A stretch of DNA of 64,000 bases from NCBI GenBank assembly GCA_964016885.1, contig OZ024749.1, positions 8,122,001 to 8,186,000 of the forward strand, given 5' to 3'. Shown piece after piece: positions 29,169 through 43,228 of the stretch. The notes beneath the pieces were generated by a model. That model was not told the DNA's origin, ran no database searches, and saw only the letters and a program-made list of their open reading frames with translations. The stretch's first letter is position 1, and each line of letters starts with the position of its first letter. The translations under genes and the position numbers were made by a program. Source of the stretch: Eledone cirrhosa. Taxonomy: Eukaryota.

Positions 29169-29194
29169 CATTTTTCCATCTACTTATCTATCTA

Positions 29195-29302
<108 letters not shown>

Positions 29303-30074
29303 TTATCCCGACGGTACGTTCTAGTGATGTAGGAAATAATTCTTCTTTAATGAACTTTTCTACGTTCAATTATCCAGGTAACCAGCGGGAAATTTCTAAT
29401 TCAGCGGCTAAATTGGATTGGCTGAGCAGAGGATTGCCTAAAAATTGATTTTTCATTCTGGCACAAGCCCGGGAATTTATATGGGGGTTGGCAATGGATT
29501 TATATGATGTGCGTAATTTATAAAGATTTGCAGGAGGGGGCGGCAGGTGAAGGCGGAAAATAGATTTGGCTTCAACTGGGAGTTGAAATATCATCGTCAA
29601 TGTAATGCGATGCTGAAAGTGTTTTTCAGGTATCATGGACTTCCGATGTATGTTTTATGTTAAACCTTTTTTTTTTTCTCTCTTCATCTATTCTACTGAA
29701 AAGGCGAGGAATTACCAGAATCGTTAGAATGTCGGATAGAATGCATTGCAGTATTAGTTTCGTCTGTCTAATTTCTGAATTCGAATCCTTCCTAGGTCAA
29801 CATTGCCTTTTATCAGACCTGTCAACTCTTCCTGTCCGGCGGGGAGATCACACACCCACTTAGGGGTGGGTGAAAAATGACTTCTCTTGTGAAAATAGGT
29901 ATAGCTTTCGTTATGTGAAATCTCCCCGTTTTGGGGTTCTTTTTTCATGTTTTTCCCCGTTTGCATTTTTAGAGGTTGGCAGGCATGCTTTTATCCACAC
30001 GAGATCGATAAAACATTATCAGTCTAGTAATGGTCAAGGTTCTTGCTGAGCATCTCTTTCTCACTTCCTCTCTC

Positions 30075-30105
<31 letters not shown>

Positions 30106-30189
30106 CTCCCTCTCTCTTTCTATCTATATTTCCCTCTCTCTCTTTCTATATATATATATATCTGTCTCTATCTATATATCTCTCCCTCT

Positions 30190-30874
30190 CGATAAGTTAA
30201 CAGAGCCATAGACTCTCACTATTCCCTGTCAATAATGTGCTCAAAGGAAAAGGAATCCTGAGCTCTTTAAAATACAATATGTTGAAAAGGTAACACACCA
30301 GAGAGAGATAGTTCGCCATCAATAAAACAGGAAAAACCACCAGAGCTCAGGATTCCTTCTCCATTGAGCACATTAGTGACAGGGAATAGCGAGAGTCTAT
30401 GGTGCCGTTAATTTATCGTGATATTTCATTCCTTATAACAGTCATTCCTCTCTCTCTATTTGGTTGAGCACACTTCTCTGAGTGGTTTGGGCTGCCCTTT
30501 CTAGCAGCTTGTCCCTCAGACACCACTGGTTCACTGTCCTAAACATACTGTGATATCTCTCTCCCACGTGCAGTTGGACGGTCGCTTTAAATTCTCTTAA
30601 AGTTGTCTGAAATGTATGGCCTTACACACGCTGATGAACCATGGGTTATTTCATTTCTGTCAACAACTTATTGGCGAAACAGATCTCTTTGAATTTGTAC
30701 GTGTGTTTTATATAGTTATGGAGGTACGTACACACATTTTAATTCATATTTTTAATTATTGTGTGTCTACCCTGCCTTTCATAGATTATAGATTACATTC
30801 ACTGGTGGTTTTTCCCTGTTTTATTGATGGCGCACTATCTCTCTCTAGTGTGTTACCTTCTCAACATATTGTGT

Positions 30875-30878
<4 letters not shown>
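30190..30878 (+). mobile_element. pLTR-like cassette with nested inverted repeats and an HHR
   Basis: 30190-30266 is inverted at 30341-30418. About 30271-30342 is inverted at about 30802-30876. Ends in (TA)n. Confidence 0.75.
30624..30706 (+). ncRNA. Type I hammerhead ribozyme, family G, with extended stem III
   Basis: acacacg-CTGATGA-acca tgggtt...aactta ttggc-GAAAC agat ctctttga attt GTA-cgtgtgt. Perfect 7-bp stem I, GUA site at 30697-30699. Confidence 0.85.
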
Positions 30879-30928
<50 letters not shown>

Positions 30929-31760
30929 TTCTCTCATTTTTCTATCCTTCTCTCGAAGAAATCTCCTGTGTTCTGACCTGGAGGTGGATTGGTTCCACCA
31001 GGCTTAAAATGCCCTACAAATGTCATATGCCACTACAGCACCGCTACGCCACCCTCAGGACTTACGGAACTATTTATGATGTAATCTCCTGAATGCAATA
31101 TAATTTACTGCAACAATAATAGCTTCTTGAAATACGAACTCAGAACCTTTCTTTATTTTATTCGACGTAAATGTTTCACTGAACTCTTCATATTCCGTTC
31201 ATGCATTGTGACAACCCCGAGCCCCCTTTTTATATGTTTTGTAAATAACCTTACAAAGCAAATTTGTCTATTTTACCGGGACCGGCAAAATAGCCCATTC
31301 GTATATTTTAAATGACAACAAATACGCTCAATTACGTATGACCGGATCAAACACATATCTACAAAGACAAGACAGTGTTTGAATAACAATATATACGTTA
31401 GATTACGTATGTCCGGATCAGACGATATATTTCATATGGTAATAGATAGGTTTCATTACGTATGTCGAGATCAGATGCATATCTGTAAAGATAGGCTGCT
31501 GATGAATCGTTAGTGTGATATTATTAGCAAAGTTTAAGGTTTTCACTGACAGAAAATTGAATAATCTTAGTTAATATCGTGAAAATTGATGCTCTACCAG
31601 CTGGGCCATTATTAAGGAATTCTCGTAGGTCTTAAACTAGCGAAACTTCTATATTTCATCACATTCTTCTGGAACATCAATTGATTTATTCCCATAATTT
31701 CATAACCCCTCTCTCATTCTCTCTTTCTTTTTCTATACAATTATAGCTACACACACATGA

Positions 31761-31883
<123 letters not shown>

Positions 31884-31935
31884 CATATATACATATACAC
31901 ACATATTCTCTCTTTTCTCTCCCTTTCCATATAAG

Positions 31936-32014
<79 letters not shown>

Positions 32015-32068
32015 ATATATATATATATATATAATATATATGTATGTATATATATATATACCACATAC

Positions 32069-32108
<40 letters not shown>

Positions 32109-32999
32109 CTGCCGATACACACATATTTGACCTGTAATTTTCATATCTCTATCTTACAATCTACTTTGTCCATTCAAATATTTAATCTATTTCTCTCTTT
32201 TTCTGCCTCTTTCGTATTTCTTTCACATTTATCTTTCTTACTCTGTCTTTCATCTTCTTCCTACTTTCCCATACATCATAATCATCTCGCTCTCATCTTC
32301 ACTCTTGCTCCTTCTCCCCACTGTCTCTCCCTTTCATTCATACACATCTATTATATATCCATTTCCCTTCATCCTCCTATATATGATGTTCCATCACCTG
32401 TTCTGGCTTGTTCATACTTCTATTAATTCTCTGCTAAGAATGCCAAACCAAAGCACAAACAAGATGTCAGCTCTTTACTTCCGGCGAACATCGGTTCAGC
32501 TTCCGTTATCCCACTGTGTCTAATGATATTAGCAATTCCTTTTAACACGGATGTTATTACATAATAACAGATTTATCCGAAGAAACATGGACGTCAGTTG
32601 GCGACGATTCAAAATATTATTTTCAAAGAAAATAGTATTTTCTATTTATAATTGTGGCGTTATTTGCCAAATCTACTTCCATTGACTTATATTCTTCTAA
32701 CAGATTCTTGGATCTTTGTCCATATATTCTTGATTAGAAATAGAAAAATAACATTAAGATAAATACAAAATAAAACAAGCTTGTATATATATGTACTTAC
32801 ATACATTTACATATATATGTACTTACATACATTTACATATATATGTACTTACATACATATACATATATATGTACTTACATACATTTACATATATGTGTAC
32901 CTACATACATTTACATATACATACATTAACAGTTGATCTTCCAAAACAGATAGTCATACATACATGCGTACGTATGTATATACATACATACAGGCGTTC

Positions 33000-34861
33000 G
33001 TAGGGCAGAAATACGAACCTAACCCATAACTTCTTTGTGGACGATCTGAAACTCTATGCCAAGAACATGGATGGGATGAAGAAAAATCTTTACCTGGTTA
33101 CAACGTTCTCAAAGGATATAGGAATGGAGTTTGACCAAGATAAATGCTCATACATGAGTGTAAAGCGGGGAAAAACAACAACCCAATCTAGCAACATTGT
33201 CATCAATGGTCTAACTATTTCACCGATATCTGATGACGACTGGTACAGATACCTGGGGATAGATGAGAACATATCCTATAATGGTATCTGTAATAAAGAA
33301 CGCGTAACCAGGGAATACTACACCCGATTAAGAAAGATCTGGTCATCGGAACTCTCTGCGCAAAACAAAACAGTGGCTCACAATGTGTTTGCTGTGCCTG
33401 TCCTAACACCAACGTTTGGAATACTCAATTGGACGATAGACGAAATCCGAGCAGTTGATGTTGGATCTCGAAAAATACTGAACAACACCGGAAACTTCCA
33501 CATCAACAGTGACATAGACCGCCTTTACTTGAAACGTAAGCAGGGAGGCAGAGGCCTAACATCAGTCCAGACAACATTTGAATGTCGCATCATATCTCTC
33601 CGACAACATCTACGAACCTCGAAGCGTAGGAGCCCGCTTCTCGAGCAAGTGTATCTGCATGAAACAGATAAGATCATGAGAGTTGGGAAGGAACTCCTTG
33701 AGAGATATTCCATGTGTGATAATCAAAAACTCACACCCAGGGATGTCGCTCAGCTAGTGCAGTGAATCCGGGGATGAAATACTGCATGCCTATCAGCAAA
33801 AAATCATGCATGGATATGTTGCCAGGGAGCTCCAGAGTGAGAGTAGTATGGATAAGGAAAGTTGTCTATCTTGGACCAACAACCGCTATATTGGCTCCCA
33901 CTTTGAAGGATACGCTTTTGCAATCCAAGAACAGGAGATTAGCACGAAATACCTGATTCACAAAAGAGATAGGGATGCAGGCAAAACACCTAGATGTGAT
34001 AACAAGTGCAGACTCTGCATAACTAACATCGAGGATATCACTCATGTCATCAGAAGCTGTCCAAAGATGTCATCGCGGTACTATTTACCTATGAGGCATG
34101 ATGTAGTTGCCAAAACACTGTACAATGCAGTTCGTAAAAAAGATAGCCCCGATAATAAACACATTAAAAGCTACAACAATGTGGAAGACATCCATGTACA
34201 TAATATGAAAGAGTACTGGTGGAATGTTCCAGTAAAAACCCCAATAGAATGCAGGCATAACAGACCAGATATTATGATATGGGACAAGGAGAAGAAAACA
34301 TGCACAGTAGTGGAAATTAGCTACCCAGCAGATGCCAATATAATATCAAAGATTAGTGAAAAGGAGAATATTTACGCAGAACTGATGAGAAATCTGCAGA
34401 TACTCCACCCTGATTACACCTTCAGATTTATGCCTGTGATTATTGGGGCACTGGGATATGTTAGTAACTGCCTCAATACAAATCTTGAGAAGCTAGGCTA
34501 CAGGAACAGAAAGAACACAACTAGTTAGGAAACTACAAGTACAATCCATTAATGGAACAGTAAAAATATGTAAAACATTCCAAAAATGTTGGATCTAATA
34601 ACTGCATATACACATGTACAGATACAAAGCATATACACATGCACACATACAACTCAAAACATACACATCCACAAATACAATAACATATCTACATCCATAT
34701 CTACACATGCATGCATACATCCATATCTACACATGCATGTATACATACATATCTACCTAGTTGATGTTGTGTAAATTCCAACGAGAGAGTCTTGTGTCTA
34801 TGTTAGAAACCGACTCTCTCTCTCTATTGGTAAAACTTTGTGAAATTATAAAACCAGAAGA
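33000..34861 (+). mobile_element. R4/Dong-like non-LTR retrotransposon, 3' half (RT C-terminus, CCHC knuckle, RLE endonuclease, 3' UTR)
   Basis: FVDDLKLYAK, YRYLGI, RLYLKRKQGGRGL, CRLC...EDITHVIRSC, RHD, NRPDIMIWD...VVEISYP. Frameshifts at about 33765 and 34500. Ends at (CATA)n. Confidence 0.92.
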
Positions 34862-35155
34862 ACATACATACATACATACATACATACATACATACATACA
34901 TACATACATACATACATACATACATACATACATACATGATGACTACTCCCTCGTTATCGAGTATGGCCATTGCACAATATAACATTATTATTAATTAATA
35001 ATTAATGTTATCATGCACTGCCTGTGTGTGAAGATATTTTAAAGAGAGGAAAGACTGTGCACTGAGCTAATCCCAATATATGAGTGACAGTAGCTATAAC
35101 CCGAAAAGAAGAAAAGATCAACACCATCGGTAACTACTGAGCCGCAGGTTTCTAC
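34862..35155 (-). mobile_element. (TACA)n tract plus a short repeat related to the 49060-50045 elements
   Basis: Shares gcac.gagctaatccca...aaaagaagaa...tcaaca.cat with 49359 and 49891. Confidence 0.6.
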
Positions 35156-35199
35156 ATACATATATACATATATATACATATACAGACATAGTCAGTCAA

Positions 35200-37460
35200 C
35201 GCGATCAGTCGCACATATTGGCGTGGGAGACTATTCATTAAATTTAAGATGAATACTTTCTCCGTCAGTAAAGCCAAAACTACCAGTCATGTTGAATAAC
35301 AGGGTATTCTTCTAAATATATCCACTGAAGACACCTTTTATTCGAATTCGTAGAGATATCCGACTAAATACATAATTCTTCTAAATATATCCACTGAAGA
35401 CACCTTTCATTCGAATTCGTAGAGATATCCGACTAAATACATAATTCATTTTACAAGGATTTGCTACAAACAGCGAGGCCGGACAAAATATCAAAAAAAC
35501 AATTTACCGAAGAAAACCAGCGAGAAAATCAATGAGAAAGGTAAACAAAATTTATTCAGTTGTAGCTACAGAAATTATAAATTACATTTCTATTGGAGTT
35601 GCGAAATTAATGATGATTTATTTAATTGTTATAAAAAAATCCCCCCGTTGGCTATATGAACAGAATGAAGCTACACTGGGATGAAATACACCCAGAGCTA
35701 AATCATTCGCAGCGAAACAATTACGCCAACAAGCGACGTTTGTTGAACGTAAAACTAAGATAAATATTAGTAATTGTAAGTCCCCCAGAACAAACATGGA
35801 ATCAACAACACGTGCTACAGGTCGCCATGCTACTAGACTTCCTAGCAGCCAGGTCGAACACTGCCTTGAAACAACTATGCCTGTAAGAAATTTGACACCA
35901 CGTGTACCATCTGAATCTACCTCGAGTGTTGTGGAAAATACTCTCGATAATAATAATAATCAAAAGTATAAATAATTGAAAATTTCCCTGAACGAAATCT
36001 TCCTGAGAGAAATGAATTCATGTATAAACATTTCTCTTGCTGAACGTATTAAAACAACAGTAGTAAATAAAATAAAACGAAATAATGAAATATTACGTGT
36101 TATTGACGAAATAGGGGATGAATATTTACGACGGATAAAAACCCCAACATTTTGGCAAATCAACGCCTGTTTATATGCCTTAGCAACGACAGTGAAGCAT
36201 TATCTTGGTGATAGCAGAGATATTAACAAGAACAAAACACCACCAAAAATACCATCATATATAATTAAAATAGAAAAAAAGATTGCTGACCTACGAAAAA
36301 ACATAGGATATGTGACAATGCTCCTTACATGCAACCAAACACAAAAAAACTTCACTCCTCACCAACAAAGAGTGAAAAATAAAATAGAAACAATATTTGG
36401 TAACAGTGGAACCAGAACTCTTCAATATAAACTGATCACCCTAAAACGAGAATTCAGAGTTGTTAGCGAAAAACGCTGATACCTGAAGAAGGTAGATGAA
36501 AGAAAAGTACTCAATAAAAGATTCAGACGATACCAAACATCAGTCTATAGAGATATTAAGGGCAAAATAATAAGTGTCACTGAGGCCACATCACAGAAAG
36601 ACATAGATTCCTTTTGGAGAAAAATATGGGATGAAAAGAAGAATTTCAACCAAGATGCAGTGTGGCTAAAAGAAATCCAAAAGAACTATTGCTCCTACAC
36701 TACAACAAAAAGATAGGAAATAAATGAGGATACCCTTGAGATGGTGATAGTAAAACTCCAAGATAGAAAACACCAGGAAGAGACATGATTGTCGGATACT
36801 GGTACAAAAAAATTGATACTCTATCAGATGTATCTTATCGACCTCTACCAACAAGTTCTCAAGAGAGATACACTTATTCCAGGATCGTTGACATTAACAC
36901 AATCAATACTGATCCCCAAGAACAAAGACACCCACTTAGCAAAAAACTACCGACCCATTGCATGCCAGAACCTGATGTATAAGATGTATACAGCCTGCCT
37001 GAACCTATTCCTCCAAGATCACTGTGAAAATAATAACATACTCACAGATGAACAAGCAGCTGGAAAGAAAGGGCTTTGGGGATGTGCTGAACAACTCCTA
37101 ATCAACAAAACTGCGATGTCGGAGGTGCGACAACTTAGGAGGAATATGGCTACAGTTTGGCTGGACTACAGGAAAGCTTTCGATTCTGCTCCCGGCTCTT
37201 GGGTGATAGAGGTCCTCCGACTCGCTGAAGTCCCAGACATTATTATCAAAGGAATTGGCAGTATCGGTAGAGGGTCGGACGCCATGCTTTCCAGCATAGT
37301 TACGTCCCTTTACGATCCGAGTTCAAATCTCGCCGAGGTTGACTTTGCCTTTCATCCTTACGGGGTCGATAAAATAAAGTACCAGTAATGTACTGGGTAA
37401 TTGCTGGCCTTGTGCCTAAAGTAGAAACAATTATTATCAAAGTCACAGAGAAGTTGTGCT
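35200..37460 (+). mobile_element. R4/Dong-like retrotransposon, 5' half (N-terminal region and RT motifs 0-3), degenerate
   Basis: ORFs 35976-36479 and 36789-37388 contain LIPK...NYRPIACQNLMYK, EQAAGKKG..GCAEQLLIN and WLDYRKAFDS. Interrupted by a SINE. Confidence 0.88.
37252..37429 (+). mobile_element. SINE family 1 inserted in the RT, with a 13-bp TSD
   Basis: attattatcaaag at 37239-37251 and 37430-37442. Confidence 0.93.
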
Positions 37461-38274
37461 GTTGTTATTCCATTTGTAGTTTCTATTGAGGGTAGTTTTA
37501 CTTTCTGTTATACGCGTGGCTTCCTAAAACTCCGATCATTGTGCCTGTAGGATGTGTTGTTATGATCTTTATCTTCAGGGTTTCTAGTGAGCAACCATGT
37601 TTATTTTTGGCATGCTGGTACTGCATCGACGAGCTGACTCGTCTAAGTTTTCAGCAGTTTCCCTTCATCCTTTCTTTCACACTGCGAGCCGTTTCTCATA
37701 TGAATGTCGTGGTAGAGTTTCTAGGTTGCCACTATGTACACCTTATGCTATGTACTACATTCTTTGTTTTACAGTTCACACGTGGACCTACCTTGCAGAA
37801 TATAAAATATCTATCGGTGCACGGGGTGTACGTAGCTCTGATGAACGCCAACCAGCGTGAAACAGACTGTCAGCTTCTCTCCCTTCTTTCGCAGAAAAGA
37901 AGTAAGTGACATAGATAGATTAGCAACATTTAATAAGCGGGGATAGAGTGATTATTCGAGACACGAGAGTAGACCCATTCCAACTTGATCAGCTAACCCC
38001 TGTCCTATATTCTGGCATATATCTAACCAATTCAGCAATCCTGTAACCACGTACTTTAATTCGACATCTTGTTTTCCTACTGTTTAGGCAATGGGGGGGA
38101 GGGAGAGATGGATAGATGCATGGAAGGGCGGAGGGTAGGTCGGTCGGTCGGTTGGTCCCGTAACACCCGAGAGAGTCGAAGGGTCTCCATATTGACATAC
38201 GGCGTTTCTCGGGCTTTTTTTAAAACTGGCGGCGCCCAAATCCTCTGCTGGTCTCTTACTTCAGCAGATTTCTT

Positions 38275-38331
<57 letters not shown>

Positions 38332-38802
38332 TATGGATACCAATACAAGACTGGTACATTTTTTTTATCGACCTGGAATGGACGAAAGGCAAAGTTGACC
38401 TCGGCGGAATTTGAACTCAATCAGCAAAGACCCGCAACAAAAACCACAAAAGTCTCCATCGGATGTTCCAAAGTCTCTGTCATCACGCCAACTTTTAAGC
38501 AATGGTAGAGAAAATTTAAATGACTTTGCTAATTTCTGAGACAAATGCTAGTGGCTAACCGATCGTATAATAGTACATTGTTAATTCCCAGGCTGACAAT
38601 TTGACACCTTGACACATTAACACTCATAGCTGACATTTATTCCGGATACCGTCGACAGCTATTAAATATATAAGGTGATTAAGACTGGCTCTGTTTAGGA
38701 TTAAATCGAACGTTATGTCTATGGCGCTTATGACTGTCAAACACCATAACACAAACTTCTCTCGAATAAATGTTACAATCATGTAAGATCCGTACTTTTC
38801 AT

Positions 38803-39640
38803 AAACACACACACATGCATACGCACACACATACACATATACGCATACACATACACACACACACGCACGCACAGATATACGCACACATTCACACACAAAC
38901 ATAGGCACACACGCATATACGCACACACATGCGCACACACATACGCTCACACATACGCACACACATACACACATGCACGCACACAGACACATACACATAT
39001 ACGCACACACACATACACACACACATGCGCACACACATACACACATATATGCACGCACACAGACACACACACACATACGCACACGCATATGCACGCACAC
39101 AGACACACATACGCACACACATACACACACATATACGCACACACATACACATATGCACGCCCAGACACTCACACATACGCACACACATACACACACATAC
39201 GCACACTCATACACACATATGCACGCACACAGACACAGACACACATACGCACACACATACACACACACATACGCACACATATACATACATACGCACACTC
39301 ATACACACATATGCACGCACACAGACACTTACACACATACGCACACACATACACACGCACACAGACACAGACACATACACACATACGCACACACATACAC
39401 ACACACATACGCACACACATACGCACACATACACACACACATATGCACACATACACACAACACACACGCACACATACACACATATGCACGCACACTGACA
39501 CATACACACATACGCACACACATACGCACACACATATACACACACATACGCACACACGCACGCACGCACAGACACAAATATGTATATATATTATATGCAT
39601 ACAGACATATACAAAACCACACACACACATATATATATAT
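38803..39640. repeat. Degenerate (CA)/(CACATACG)-type satellite
   Basis: Directly visible. Confidence 0.95.
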
Positions 39641-39717
39641 TATGTTAATGTAAATGAAAATATAGAAATTATTGTGAGCAAGAATCCAACAGTATTTCAT
39701 AATATATATATATATAT

Positions 39718-39890
39718 AAATGTTTCTACTTTAGGCACAAGACCAGCAATTATCACAGTACATTACTGGTACTTTTTTTTTTTCGACCCCGTAAGGATGA
39801 AAGGCAAAGTCAACCTCGGCGGGATTTGAACTCAGATCGTAAAGGGACGTAACTATGCTGGAAAGCATAATCCAACCCTCTACCGATACT
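39718..39890 (-). mobile_element. SINE family 1
   Basis: Reverse-complement SINE body. Confidence 0.88.
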
Positions 39891-40306
39891 CCATGGAAAC
39901 TATATTTGTAAAACCATATTTATTTCATTATACATATTTCAAGGACACCAAAGCAAATTATGGTGCGCTTTCATCAAATAAAATATAATATAGATCAGTT
40001 TTATAACCAAATATTGACACACCCTTAAAAGAATGCGACCGGGAGCTTCCAACAGACATGGTCGCATTTTTTTAAGGGTATGTCAATATTTGTTTATAAA
40101 ACTGATCTATATTATATTTTATCTGATGAAAGCGCACCATAATTTGCTTTGGTGTCCTTGAAATATGTATAATGAAATAAATATGGTTTTATAAATATAG
40201 TTTCCATTTGTTAATATATTGTATTTTTACTCCAAAAATGTTGTTGAGTGCTTTATATCAGTTATAAAAATATTTGTTTGTTGTATCCCAACAAATTAAA
40301 TATAAC

Positions 40307-40310
<4 letters not shown>
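39891..40310. mobile_element. Family F palindromic cassette with HHRs on both strands (39922-39984 minus, 40116-40178 plus)
   Basis: Plus copy reads attttat-CTGATGA-aag c gcacca...tggtgt c ctt-GAAA-T atgt ATA-atgaaat. The minus copy has a TTGATGA core. Confidence 0.88.
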
Positions 40311-40354
<44 letters not shown>

Positions 40355-40690
40355 TGTAGATAAATCTACCAAAAGTTTACGGTAGTGTCCAATCCGTATG
40401 AAGAACTCAATGTAATATGAATATGCATGCCAATTCTAACATATATATGTCCTAGAACCGATCGTTAAATAATGAACTTTTTTTGTTTAATATAAGGAAC
40501 TGTTTCATTGTTTTATTCATTATTTTTTTTATATTTTATATATATATATATAATATAAATGGTGAGTTAGTCATCTATGTAGGGTGCTATTCAACATTTG
40601 CTGTAGTTGTAGTATTAGTAGTGTTCACGCCTATCCCCCATTGCAGTATACCTCACTTATTTAGAGAATATTAGGGTAATCTTATATTAG

Positions 40691-40880
40691 GGTGGATTGG
40701 CAGTATCGGTAGAGGGTCGGACGCCATGCTTTGACGCATAGAGTTACGGCCCTTGCCATTCTGAGTTCAAATCCCGCCGAGGTTAACTTTGCCTTTCATC
40801 CTTACGAGGTCGATGGAATAAAGTACCAGTGATACTCTGGGATAATTGCTGGCCTTGTGCCAAAAGTAGAAACAATTATT
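40691..40880 (+). mobile_element. SINE family 1
   Basis: A and B boxes plus body. Confidence 0.9.
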
Positions 40881-40930
40881 ATATTCAAGATGGATTAGCA
40901 ATATCGGTAAAGCATCGAACAAACGTCCCC

Positions 40931-40983
<53 letters not shown>

Positions 40984-41081
40984 GAGGTTATATTTAATTT
41001 GTTGGGATTCAACAAGCTTAAAAATTTTAAGGTTGTCTTTTTTTCCGGGTATGTCAATATTTATTTATAAAACAAATCTAT

Positions 41082-41145
41082 ATTTTATCTGATGAAAGCG
41101 CATCATAATTTGCCTTGGTGGCCCTTGAAATATGTATAATAAAAT
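41082..41145 (+). ncRNA. Type I hammerhead ribozyme, family F
   Basis: Intact core, stem I attttat/ataaaat, AUA site. Confidence 0.8.
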
Positions 41146-41186
41146 AAATATGGTTTTATAAATATAGTTTCCATTTATTAATATAT

Positions 41187-41248
<62 letters not shown>

Positions 41249-41277
41249 TTGTTATACTTTGGGAGAGTCATGTTGCC

Positions 41278-41602
41278 AATAAAAACACACGCACATGTTG
41301 CTTTTCATTTCTATTTATTACAAGTTTCCTGCTGGTTGGTTGGTTGGTTGGTTCAATAACAACCGGATGGCTGTTTATATATTGTCAAAGGTCTTTCGTC
41401 ACACATTCTGTAACCTCCTTATTGACTAGGTTTTTATGTTGTGTGTCTCTCCTGTGTTCTGTCCTACACTATTTTGTTATTGACACAATAACGGAATGTG
41501 TGACGAAATAGCTTTGACAATATATAAACCACCATCCGGTTATTGAACCATCCAACCGAAACATAATAAATTGAAGTGAAACAGGTGCGTGTGTTTTTAT
41601 TG
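41278..41602. repeat. Diverged inverted-repeat cassette between (TA)n tracts
   Basis: aataaaaacacacgcac...caaccggatgg...ttcgtcacacattc is mirrored by gaatgtgtgacgaa...ccatccggtt...gtgcgtgtgtttttatt. Confidence 0.75.
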
Positions 41603-41860
41603 GTAGAATAATATCCTTTTCAACAGACATTTTCAGATATGACATCTCACAAAACAAATTCACAAACGAATTATATACTTATATTGGAGCACTCGACGAA
41701 GTGCTCAGGTTGGTTTGGTTACTCCGGAGTAATGTAAAATAAACTAAAGTAAATAAGTCAAAGTGAAAGAACAACCCAACCAGGAACTGGGCATATCAGA
41801 GTATTGACAAAGTTAAACACCTCAACAACATGTGTACTCATCTCTACCACACTAATTCGG

Positions 41861-41915
41861 ACTGCCTGCAGAGGTCACAGCCAAAGATGGCTGTCACCGA
41901 AATATATATAGCAAT
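41861..41915 (+). ncRNA. Hammerhead family A copy with mutated core (CTGCAGA)
   Basis: Stem II acagcca/tggctgt. The cassette 41680-41970 is homologous to 54200-54440. Confidence 0.65.
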
Positions 41916-41961
41916 AATAAACGAAGCCAAATTTTAAACATTTGACTTATTTATTTTAGTT

Positions 41962-42033
<72 letters not shown>

Positions 42034-42198
42034 GTAGAGGTTATATTTAATTTGTTGGGATACAACAAGCAAAATATTTTTATAACTGATATAAAGCACT
42101 CAACAAATTATTGGAGTAATATCCAGGAGATTCCAACCAGAATGGTTGCATTTTTTAAGGGTATGTTAATATTTATTTATAAAACTAACCTATATTAT

Positions 42199-42262
42199 AT
42201 TTTATCTGATGAAAGCGCACCATAGTTTGCTCTGGTGGCCCTTGAAATATGTATAATGAAAT
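42199..42262 (+). ncRNA. Type I hammerhead ribozyme, family F
   Basis: Intact core and stems. Confidence 0.8.
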
Positions 42263-42576
42263 AAATATGGTTTTATAAATATAGTTTCCATTTGTTAATA
42301 TATTGTGTAAATATATACATATATGTGTGTGTGTGTGTGTGTACATATACATGTATGTGATTAAATTAATTCAATACCACAATCACATAAATCGAGTACA
42401 CACTCATCGATTCGCAATATTATAGTTCAAAGACTTCCGGCTGATCTTCTTTCATATAAATGTAATTATGTGGCTTAAAGGTCAGGGTTTAACGGAGTAT
42501 AAAAGGTCTGGACTGAATCTTTCCCTTTCAATCCTTTTGACCATGTCTTAACTGGAATATATATATACATATATAT

Positions 42577-42634
<58 letters not shown>

Positions 42635-42636
<2 letters not shown>

Positions 42637-43098
42637 CGATATTAACAAATGGAAACTATATTTATAAAACTATATTTATTTCATTATACATATTTCAAGG
42701 ACACCAAGTTATATGATGGTGTGCTTTCATCAGATAAAATATAATATAGAGCAGTTTTATGATTAAATATTGACATACCCTTAAAGAATGCAACCATTAC
42801 TGTTGGAAGCTCCCGGATACTGTTGACTATCCGGGAGCTTCCAACAGTAATGGTTACATTCTTTAAGGGTATGTCAATATTTATTTATAAAACTGCTCTA
42901 TATTATATTTTATCTGATGAAAGCACACCATCATATAACTTGGGGTCTTTGAAATATGTATAATGAAATAAATATGGTTTTATAAATATAGTTTCCATTT
43001 GTTAATATCGTATTTTTACTCCAATTATTTGTTGAGTGCTTTATATCTGTTATAAAAATATTTGCTTGTTGTGTCCCAACAATTTAAATAGAACTTTT
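42635..43098. mobile_element. Family F palindromic cassette with intact-core HHRs on both strands (42678-42740 minus, 42907-42969 plus)
   Basis: Arms of about 185 bp around the centre at about 42823 (ggaagctcccggata...tatccgggagcttcc). Confidence 0.9.
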
Positions 43099-43159
<61 letters not shown>

Positions 43160-43228
43160 CAAAGGGAAAAACTTAAACCGTTAAGGTCTCATTCCTGGAT
43201 ATGTCAATATTTATAAAACAAACTTTGT

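Noticed and set aside
35308-35447. Direct duplication of about 69 bp containing CTGAAGA
   Set aside because: No GAAA box or stems. It is a simple tandem duplication in the retrotransposon 5' region.
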